DNA from: Epiperipatus broadwayi
Taxonomy: Eukaryota > Animalia > Onychophora
DNA length: 64,000 nt
Direction: 5' to 3'
Assembly (NCBI GenBank): GCA_028023455.1
Contig: JAQFVV010000007.1
Span: 14,074,001-14,138,000, forward strand
The position numbers were made by a program, and so were the translations under genes. Under the pieces are notes generated by a model. The model did no database searches, was not told the DNA's origin, and saw only the letters and a program-made list of their open reading frames with translations. Positions 12,474-22,547 of this stretch are shown one piece after another. Every line of letters starts with the position of its first letter. The first letter of the stretch is position 1.

Positions 12474-12790
12474 GTTTTTTTCAATTTTGTCTAAATGTAT
12501 GCAAAAAAATGTTTTCCCCCCCCAATATATATGTTTTTCAATAAAGTACTCGTGTTTGTGAAAAATAAAAGGCATACAGTAATTTATATGTACTACAGGC
12601 AAAGCACCATTAAGTTTTTTTGTGTGTGAATTTTTTAGATTTCAAGAATAAATCTTTTACCTTCACACAGTAAAGCCAAACTCGGCTGAGAAAGAATAAA
12701 TAGACTATTAATTCAATTAGGTTATTAATTTGTAGATATTAATTGAAATTTCCTTTACTTTGTTCATAACTATATATACTAAGTATTAAG

Positions 12791-13755
12791 TGTATTTTTA
12801 TATTGGACTATTTCCATAATCTAATATGTGTATTGAATGTCTTTAGAAAAATTTAACTTTATTTAAATATTCCAAATACATTCCATTGTCAGTAATAGCA
12901 CATCAAACAGGTTATTATATGCACAATGTTTTGAGGGTATTATTTGTACCTCTTCTGCAGGTGTTACTGGTCTGACAGTGACAATACTAGCATAAGTTTC
13001 GAACCTAGACCCTTAGATTCTTGAGTATTGAATTTTATAATAAAACTCTAACCAACTGATCTATCCTGCCAAAGGCAACAGTCAGTAGAAATTTCATATA
13101 TTTATCTATGCAGTTCTTTCTGATTTCTCCACTTTTTCTAAGAGCTATGTTAATTAGTGATTTTCATATATTATGTATAGTCATACTAGGTTGGCTTATG
13201 GGATTTTTTGCCATTGTCATGTGAGCAGCTTCTTTAAATTTTTTTTCTACCTTTTTTTTTCTATCCAATATTTTGTATTTCCCCAATTAAACATATGTTC
13301 ATTGGCATGCTACCTTAGACATATCTGTTTTCTCTCTTCTAATTATCAGTTTGAGTTCATGCAAACACTTTTCAATGGGATGACAGATCTCACCAATATA
13401 TGTTCTTTTACATTCATGTGGTATTTCATAGATGCAGTTTTTTCCAGCATTTCAAGTTTAAGCTTTGTAGATGTTTGAATTCCTCGCAGTGTGGTATGGC
13501 TTTGGAAAGCTGTTCTGATGTTATATTGATTGCAGATTTTCCTTAATTTGTCTGCTATATTTGGAATGTATGGGTACACTGCAGTACCAATAATTGGTTT
13601 TTTTCTTGATGGTTCTTTTTGTTGTCTACTTAATGTTTTATTAATAACAGCTGATGGATAATTATTTTTCATAAGAGTTTGTTCTATATACATCTTTTCT
13701 TTTTTCAAATCGCTAGTTTCTAAACAAACTTCTTTTACTCTTATCCATAGTGATA
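12791..13755 (-). mobile_element. Second, 5'-truncated copy of the same PLE family
   Basis: IGTAVYPYIPNIADKLRKICNQYNIRTAFQSHTTLR, GIY-YIG region and pLTR colinear with 8470-9450. Confidence 0.9.
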
Positions 13756-14055
13756 GAAGTTTTTGAAAATAGACATTTGGATTAATGATATTAAATTTAA
13801 ATTAGAAATAATATATGTATATTTACAAATGTATAATAATAAATTTAAAATAATTAAATAATTGAAAATGGTATAGATAAATATTATTTTGATTTTACCA
13901 TTTAAAAAATATGAATAGAGTAATACTATTTGTTATCTACATGCAAAACTCAAATTATATATATAAAACAATTTAAATGTATATATTATATTTTTATAGT
14001 TATTAAATATTATGGATATATGAAATATTAAATAAAAACATGTTTTAATCTAACA

Positions 14056-14350
14056 AAATATCACATAATCCTCCATTTCATATACTTACACATGTTGTTA
14101 ATAAGAGTACCAAACTCTTTATACAGTAGTGCCACCATGTGCAAGCCTTCATAATCAATAAATGCAAGAAGATTTGTGCATAAAATTCCTATCTAATGCA
14201 TACTCATCCAGAAACTAGAAACTAGTCTGGTGATGTTGGATGAATAGGCACTAGATAGGGATTTTGTGTACAAATCTTCCTGCATCCACTGATTATGAAG
14301 GCTTGCACTTGATGGCACTATTGCATGGAGAGTTTGGTACTCTTATTAGT
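14056..14350. mobile_element. HHR repeat family 1 fold-back; turn point inside the ribozyme
   Basis: Arms 14100-14208 and 14229-14347; centre holds only the 3' half ctagaaactagtctgg. Confidence 0.9.
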
Positions 14351-16444
14351 TTTAACCTATTTATAGCTAATAGACATTAATACCTGTCACTTAGAAAATG
14401 TTTCTTCAGGCAATCAAAAAAATATATGAGGTAATGAGTAAGTGTTTATAATTAACAGTTAGAAAGATTACCTGGATATATCCATAAAATTCAATTTCTA
14501 ATTAATCTAAATATTTTTTTGGAATTTCAGTACAGGCTACAGTAGTACTATCAAGATGTGTTAAATCTTATTATATATTAAAAGGCTAATTTCACTCCAA
14601 TCTAATTGGTAGAGAAATTTTTTACAATTATATTAATTTTATATAAATAACATGTTGACATTTTATATATGACTATAAACATCATTTTTATTAATTAGTT
14701 CTTTATGTTGAAAGGCATTTATTTTGAAAAATGACTGAATTGTTTTAATGAAATGATAAAACTAAAACCAAACAGGAAGGCAATTGCATCTTTGTTTAGC
14801 ATGAAAAAACAACAGGGCATAGATTCAAACCTATGTCTGCTAACATCATTTGCTTAGAAGGACAGGATGCTAAACATAAGATCAGAGAGGCATTACATAC
14901 AGCAAGTGATTCTAAATTCATTAATCGAAGAGAAGCCTGCATTGCCCTGTCCCAAAAATGGCAGTTATAACTACTTTGCTTTATTTTGCATAAATTTTCC
15001 TTCTAGCAATGCAGTTTTTAACAAGAGAGTAGCTATGAATATAAGAGCATGAAGTCTTTCGAAAGTGTTCAGCTAAAATAGTATTTTATATTTGCTTTCA
15101 ATTATATATATTAGCTTCATTATCTGTCTGTACAGCATATATATATATAGAATTTTGAATTAAAGAGATTTTGCCTACATTGCTAGATGCTAATATAAGA
15201 TATAATAATATAAAATAATATGAGTAATATTAAATCATCTATGTTCTTTATTACTGTTTTACGATGCTTTTATTACATTTCAAAGAACTAGCAGAAGCAT
15301 TATGATGGCAATTATTTTTTAAATACTTCTCTTTAAATATAAAATTTGAAAAATGTTAACATATGTCTCACATTTGATATAACTGAAAATATTTTTTTTT
15401 TGTTCTTATATTTTTATTATTAGTATTGTGGAATGTTTCAGCCACATTAAGAAACATCTTCAGTCTTCTGCTTTGAAAAATTTCACACCGAATTTCAGTG
15501 ATAAAAATAAAATAGAAACATAAATGATATTCATTTAATAAAGTTGTTTTAATAATTTATAACTCTGATGTATTGAAAATAAACATGCATTTTGGACCGC
15601 AATATTAAAATGTGTGCTATATAATATCCGTGCAAAAAGGACCAGCGCATTCTTTTATGCACTTTATACACTGCAAATATGATATTTTATTATTCCAAAC
15701 TTCATAAATAATTGTCAGTTTTGAGCTGAAAAAAAGAAAACAATCGTTACAAAATAAAATATACAAAACAAATTATCTATATATATTAAAAACAAAGCAA
15801 TAATAATGTAATTAGAGGGATTTTATCTCAGGATTTTTTGTGCTTGAGATGGAATAAAGGATGAAAAGACAGAAAACTACAGAGTTCAAATCCTTCTAAT
15901 GATATATATATAAATCATTCAGTATAAACAAATTACATACTACCTTAGAAAAAACAATAATTCAAATAGTTTAATTCAAATCTATTTTTTATGTCATATT
16001 ACATGTGTTTAAATAATTAATTGTAATTTTTAAAATAATATATTTTAATTACTTCATTTGTAAACAATGCCTTTATAGTTTTTCTATTTCAATATTGTTT
16101 TTGTCTAATATTGATAATTTGTGTATATGTAGATTCAGTTAAAACATATTGATAATTTGTGTGTGCGTAGATTCAGTAAAAACATTTTTTTCAATTCAGA
16201 AGTAATTTTGTTAAATTAAAAAAAAAAAAAACTCCCATTATAAATATTTACATTTTAACCTTTTATTTTGTCTTATACTCTTTTGCAACAAATAAAAATA
16301 TTTTTATTAAAATAAATTCTTGTTGGAAAATTTAATCAAACAAAGCCGAGTTGTTTACATCTATATACCATTTGACAAAAATTAATTAAAAAATATTTTA
16401 TCATTGAATGACTGGTGAGATAATTTAATTTTTTCATCTCTCAG

Positions 16445-16472
16445 GAGTTCATCTGTAGGACTTCTCTTAACA
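16445..16472 (+). CDS. Candidate micro-exon (EFICRTSLN)
   Basis: ttttcatctctcag acceptor, ACA|gtgagg donor; no homology recognised. Confidence 0.2.
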
Positions 16473-17824
16473 GTGAGGTTTTAGGTCTTATATTTGAAAC
16501 AAAATGCTAAAATAGTTTAATCAGCTACTTATTTAATGATAAAGAATTGATTTTTTTTTTCAAACGATAAAAAATGTATTAAATAATTAAAGCAATTTAA
16601 AATTATATATATTAAAAAATTTCATAGAATGTATTTTTTAAAAATGCAATAATTAATTGGTAAAAAAAAAAAAAAGTAAAATATATAAATAAAAACCCAT
16701 AATGGTTTGGTGAAAAATTCCAATTATTTTAAATATATATTAGTAAAATGAATAGGCACATTTTAATTTCAAAAGAAAGTAAAAGAGAGGGATAGACAGA
16801 AAGAAAATGTTAAAGATACATGTTATGATGATCATACAAAGAAATATCAAACCAAAAATATGCAGATTCATATGGAAAAGGAGTCTAATAACTTGTTGTT
16901 GTTTTTTTCTCAAAACAACTTTCAGCATGGTTTTTATACTAACGCGTATGTGTTGAAATATATTTTAGCTATTCTCTACAAAAAGTTAAGGTGCTAGCAA
17001 GTGTAGATTGGATCATGAATTGCAACATAAAAACATAATAATGTATTTTATACCTTAACACATGATGGAATAATTCACTAATGTTAAATTTTAAATTTGG
17101 AAAAATTGCTACAGAAATGTTTGGAATAATTTAATTGTGTATGACCCTAAAAACATGGGTCACAGGGATGTTTTCAAATGGTGGACAAGATTTGGTATTG
17201 ACAGGAAGAACATTGAAGATTACCAGCAATGATAAGAACCACATTGTCATATAACATGCCTTAACTTGTGTATCAGATATATACATGTTGAATTTTTTGT
17301 AGAGAAAAACTAACCTATTCAAAAGTAGGGTTATAGATAGCATGGAGAGTGAACTAGCCATTTTTCAATGGGAATGTTGTTTACATCCACATATATCAGA
17401 AGCTGACATAAATTTAGATTTTTCTAATTCCAAAAGAAGAGAATAGAGAAAAATGAAGAATGCAAATTAAAGGTAAAGTTTATAATAACTATACCAATCA
17501 AGCTCTGAACCACAAATTTGTCTAAATATATCACATGCTGGTCTGGATGTGAATTTTCTAATTCCAAATAAATAAAAGAGAAAAAAAACAGAGCAAAAAA
17601 TTAAAGATCAATTTTATGAAGGTTAGCAATGTTATATTGCTAAGGCTATTAATAAATGGTATGGCTGAAGATTTCTCAGTCCCATTTAGCTATTTAAGTT
17701 AGATAGATAAATTTGAAGACATATAGGTATCTGATAATTTCAAATTTACTACTTAAAAGTTAACTATCAGATAAGTGCTGGCTTTGAGTTGGTATCTTAG
17801 TTCTAGTGTCTGAAATATTCTAGC

Positions 17825-17865
17825 ACCTCACTGAGAAAAGCCAATAGCTAAAAACTGATCTGGGC
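17825..17865 (+). mobile_element. Isolated degenerate family-1 HHR core
   Basis: cctca CTGAGAA AAGCCAATAGCTA AAAA CTGATC TGGG matches the family-1 core with inactivating changes. Confidence 0.55.
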
Positions 17866-18294
17866 TGGAGATAACTTCTAGATAGATATTTTAAATGCTT
17901 TTTCTTTATCATTTTTTGATAAAGCTTGTTAGGGCCATTAGCACACTCTTTATTTTAGTTTATAATTACAAACTTATCAAATTAAATCACATGATGAATG
18001 ACTTTATTTTATTTACTATTATAGTTTTGTATAGAGCAATTTCAAAACTGCAAATATGATATATATATATATTAATTATTGTTCTATTTAATTAACATCT
18101 TGTAATAATGACTTTAAATTTACATCAAATTTTTCAGTTATAGAATGTATTTTCTCCTCATTACTCAGCTTCAGTTACCTTAACTTCTAGTTTTCCATTG
18201 CTGACATGTTTATATCTTTCATATACTCAGATTACCTTGATTTCTCAAAGAAAATGGAATCAGAAGAATTGGAGATATTATTGCATCAATATAT

Positions 18295-18980
18295 CACTTA
18301 ATCACCATTTTTATGCTTGCTCAAGCTGTTAAAACAGGCAAAACTCTCCATATAGTAATACCCTTAAAGTACAATTCAGAATAATCAATGGAAGCAAGAA
18401 GGTTTGTGCATAAAATCCCTATCTAGTGCCTACTCATTCAATATTCCTAGACTAGTTTCTAGCTTGTGGCCTTCATCAAAGAGGAGTCTTGGATCTGAGA
18501 GCACTGCACCTAGATTTTAGAATCTAATGCAATGCAACTACAAAACTATGAGTCTAAAATTGAAAACATAATGTTTTCAACCCAAGCTCATTAGCTTATA
18601 TAGTCATATAAATTTGAACTCAGTTCAGAACCCATGCATTTTGGTGTTTTTGGTTCTTTAATAAGTGTATGCATACTGAACTGAGTTCAAACCTATATGA
18701 TGACTATATAAAATAATGAGATTGGATTGAAAATATATGTTTTCAACTTTAGACTCATAGTTTTGTAGTTAAGTAGAGATAAAATGTGACTGTTGGAGGG
18801 TTGCATTAGATCCTAATATTCAGGTGCAGTGCTCTCAGATTCAAGGCTTCTCACTGAAGAAAGCCACAAGCTAAAAACTAGTTTGGGGATATTGGATGAG
18901 TAGGCACTAGATAGGGATTTTATGCATGAACTTTCTTGCATTCATTGATTACTCTGGCTTGCACTACATGCACTAGTATA
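18295..18980. mobile_element. HHR repeat family 1, long fold-back (~680 bp)
   Basis: Arms ~18300-18640 and ~18670-18980; HHR in each arm (minus TTGATGA 18473-18479; plus CTGAAGA 18854-18860 with GAAA>AAAA). Confidence 0.92.
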
Positions 18981-19629
18981 TGGAAAGTTTTGCCTGTTTC
19001 TTTTGCATCAATATATATCATAATTATCACTTTTAATACAGAAAATGACCACTATTATGATGACTAGATTCTACCAACATAAAATAGATGAAATAAAACT
19101 TATCTGAGATAGATAAAAAAGCAAAGATGAAAAATCGCAAAGTTTTTATCAAAAACATTGATGAGTTAACATATCATTCTACTAATTAGTAAGAGAACTG
19201 CAGATAGCTTCAGCAAATTAGGTTTAGATCTGGCATAACTATAATATGGGTATGACAAAATATATTGGCACAAGCAAATATAAGAAAGTTATATAAAACA
19301 GCAGAAATTTAAGTAGCAATAGATACAAATTGTTGCAACTCTGAAACACATATTATCTAGAATTTAAATTGTCTTTGTAACTGCAGTTAGTTCATTCAAC
19401 AATCATAACTTAAATTTGAGTGAAATTTGAAAATTTTCAAATATTTAACAATGTCAGACAAATATAGAAATGTTTGCAAGTATCTTGTTTTTAACTGATT
19501 GAGCTATCCATCTGATTTGGAGTCAGAAATATGATGTTTAGTCTTCTTAGCTAAAGAATTAAAAAAAAACCCGAATTCATAGTTTGCTTTTGGAGGTGTA
19601 TTAGTGAAGATTTTGCTCTAACACAACTT

Positions 19630-19910
19630 ATTTAGAACTTTAGAGTTGGATGGTGGAATAAATTGAAGCCTGTCCATTAAAGTATGAAGATTTGCTATCT
19701 TAATATAAACTGAGCACTGATTACATATATATGTGGGAGATGATCATCTGGATTAACTGATGAGTGCTGATTCAGTACAGAATGTATATATTGAAGATCA
19801 TTTATCTTCTTCACATGTGTGCAGTTGTGTGAGATAAATTGGATGGTTGAAGAGAGCTTAAAAATCTGTGTTTAAATCCCCTATACAATATCTTCACTCC
19901 AGGTATATAA
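19630..19910 (+). mobile_element. HHR repeat family 2, near-complete copy
   Basis: ttgctatcttaatataaactgagcac, then CTGATGA(19757-19763) GTGCTG ATT CAGTAC AGAA; 3' tgtgtttaaatccc...actccaggtatat; homologous to the minus-strand copies at 57585-58395. Confidence 0.75.
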
Positions 19911-20421
19911 AATGTGCTTGCATTTAAAATATTACAAAATAATAATAAATATTTACTAGCATTTTATTATTATCATTTACATGTTTAGTATATCTATAAT
20001 GCATTGTCTGACTGATAAATAACTGTCATACATTTGCAGTATGCAACACATCATATTGATTTTTATATTCATTAGTTATTACAGTTCTTTATAAATCTAT
20101 TTGCTGTTTAAGTCCTTCATATCTAATTTTATTTCTCCATGATATTGTCATAAAGTAATAAAAAATTTTATGTTTCTCTATTCCATATTGTTGTTTTATC
20201 AGCATACATTTTAATAAGTAATAGTTGGCAAATGATAGTGGTTTATTAAACACTATTATTTAGCATCTATTAGTTAATAAGGTTTACAGTAGGTGGTGTA
20301 TTGTCATTATTTTATAGCATATATCTATTGTTAAGGGATCTAATATTTTTTTCCTCATCATTGACATTCTCCAATTTTATATTTATTTAGTAAAATATTT
20401 TTGATCCATGTTTTGTGTATA

Positions 20422-20467
20422 TTTTCAACTGATGAGTGCTGGTTTAGCATGAAATGCATCTTGGGGG
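20422..20467 (+). ncRNA. Minimal type I hammerhead ribozyme (family 2), core intact
   Basis: Stem I TTTTCAA/TTGGGGG; CTGATGA 20429-20435; stem II GTGCTG-GTT-TAGCAT (6 bp); GAAA 20451-20454; palindromic ATGCAT helix III; predicted cleavage after AUC at C20460. Confidence 0.8.
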
Positions 20468-20507
20468 TCATTTATCTTTTTCATGTGTCTTTATTCATAA
20501 CTTATTT

Positions 20508-20942
20508 TAATAGGCAAAATTCACTATACGTATTGCCACTAACTGCAAGCTAGAGTAATCAATAGATACCAGAAGGTTTGTGCATAAAATTTCCATCTTG
20601 TGCCTACTCATCCAATATCCCCAGACAGGTTTCTGGCTCATGGCCTTCATCAGTGAGGAGCCTTGGATCTGAGAGCACTGCACCTAGATCTTAGTATCTA
20701 ATGCAATTCTTCAGCAGACATCTTTTATTTTTACTTAACTATAAAACTATGAGTCTTAAATTGAAAACACTTTAATATTTTCAATCCAAGCTTATTAGCT
20801 TATATAGTCATATTGGTCATATAGTCATATGCTTTCTGGCATCCATTGATTATTCTAACTTGCAGTGAGTGGCAATAGATATAGTAAGTTTTGCCTGTTT
20901 TAATAACAATTATAAGCAAGCATAAGAAATGGTGATCATGTG
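20508..20942. mobile_element. HHR repeat family 1, asymmetric fold-back
   Basis: Antisense arm 20508-20815, sense arm 20832-20942 ending agcaagcataagaaatggtgatcatgtg. Confidence 0.9.
20618..20659 (-). ncRNA. Minimal type I hammerhead ribozyme (family 1), best-preserved copy
   Basis: TCCTCA CTGATGA A GGC CATGA GCC A GAAA C CT G TC / TGGGGA: 6-bp stem I, 3-bp stem II (GGC/GCC versus AGC/GCT in other copies), GUC triplet; A-A apposition at the base of stem II is non-canonical. Confidence 0.78.
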
Positions 20943-20949
20943 AACTTTT

Positions 20950-22450
20950 TAAATATGTGGTGCAATGAAAGTTCTAAATTTATCTAAAAAACATATTGCA
21001 CATAGAAAAAGAAAGCAGTTTGAATAATAATCCATGTCTTTATCTTTGATTAAAAAACAGATATATTAATCATTAGTAGATTTTAAAATTTATATATAGG
21101 CTAGGAATATATAAAGTTTGATACTTATAGATCAACTTGTAATAATGTGATATTGATCAATACTGAATAATTTACAAAAGCATGAACAATATGCTGTAAA
21201 CTGTAACAGTTGAAATGTGTTTGTTTAGTAAGTACAGCTTCCGATAGTTATTTATAATTTTTTTATGTCTGTATTTATATGTTTCAAGAGTGCCATGGAG
21301 TGGAATTTAAATATAGCAAAAAGTATACTAACATATGAAAACCAAGAAAGAATTTTTAATTAATTATTCCATGTATCTAAGTTTGATTAAAAACAGATAT
21401 ATTAATCTTTAATTGCATTTTAAGTATATATCTCATCTCCATAATCTCTGGCTTAATTATGATTAGTAATAATCATTACTGTATTTATCTAAAGTGGGTG
21501 GTATAAAATTTGTGAATACAGAAAATCTGACATATGTAGATAATCTTTAATTTAATAAATGTTTTATTAGTAATTATTAATATATTTTTCTAAAGTTGTT
21601 AGTATTAAAATTGTGGATGCAAAAAAATTGACAATTGTAAAGTACATTAAAATAATTTGATATTGGTAAATGCTGAACAAGTAATGAAGTCATATGTAAG
21701 AGATTGAGCCTTGGGTAAAAATAATGAGTTCTAGCTCAGGATTAAATGTGCATCTTGAGGTCAGTTGTCTTTTTCAGATGACTTTATTTGTATGATTTAA
21801 GTGTGTAGAGTGGAATGGAGATTTTATATATATCTTAAAAAATAGCACACATAGAAAAAAAAGGAAGATGGGTTGTTTCATAATTTGGACTAAGAATAAT
21901 ATGATAATCTCTGGACTAATTAATGATTAATAATAATCATTAATGTATTTATCTGAAGAGGTTAAAGGCAACAATGTATGCACAGAAAGTTGGGCCTGTG
22001 AATGTACTAATTTGGTACTGATAAATCACAGGTTATAATATGGGCAAACTGAAGAGTATTGGTTCAGCATGAAGTCCATCTTGCAGATCATTTAGCCTTT
22101 TTATTTTTTCATATATCTGTATTTATATGTTTAAAAGGTGTTAACAGTCTAGAAAATTTAACTATATCTAAAAAAGATATTATTACATATGGAAAAAGAT
22201 GATGACGTTTATTTATTCCTTGCATTATACTTAATTAAAACATACTTTAATTTTTATCTAAGATTTAAATTGTATACATGAAGTTCAAAGTTTGTATCTG
22301 GATTAAAGTGATATGATAATATTTAGCCTAATAAATGATTAATTAATCATCATTAATATATTTACCAGAAATGGATGATGACAGAGTTGTCAGGGTAGAA
22401 AGATTGACAGTTACCAATTATATTGTAAGATGCATGTTAGTAATAGATAA
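20950..22450 (+). repeat. Degenerate tandem array (~4 units, ~350-470 bp) carrying decayed family-2 HHR motifs
   Basis: Recurrent tatctaaaaaa..catatg/agaaaaag, ttgattaaaaacagatatattaatc, atgatta.taataatcatta.tgtatttatct; HHR relics near 21720 and 22049-22080. Confidence 0.6.
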
Positions 22451-22511
22451 TTTATTAGTAGTTGCTGCAAGTATTCAAAATATTCTAAATATATCCTTTT
22501 ATATACTTTAG

Positions 22512-22547
22512 ATGCTGTTGTCATGGGAACATCAGGTAAATTAGAAG
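22512..22547 (+). CDS. Candidate 36-nt exon (xAVVMGTSGKLEG)
   Basis: Pyrimidine-rich acceptor ...atatactttag, donor GAAG|gtaaga, open phase 1-1. Confidence 0.35.

Noticed and set aside
8854-13478. Plus-strand ORFs MYSHTRLAYGIF.. (8854, 13173) and MQNVNSS.. (9870)
   Set aside because: Antisense shadows of the PLE ORF.
15430-15468. HHR-like CTGAAGA..GAAACATT on minus strand
   Set aside because: Stem I and stem II do not pair convincingly; at most a decayed PLE end.
17131-17361. Hydrophobic minus-strand ORF with SCPPF (TMC-like)
   Set aside because: Motif too short, no splice support; the opposite strand is equally plausible.
19757-19790. C/D snoRNA reading of TGATGA/CTGA motifs
   Set aside because: Boxes are in the wrong order and spacing; the hammerhead fold explains them.
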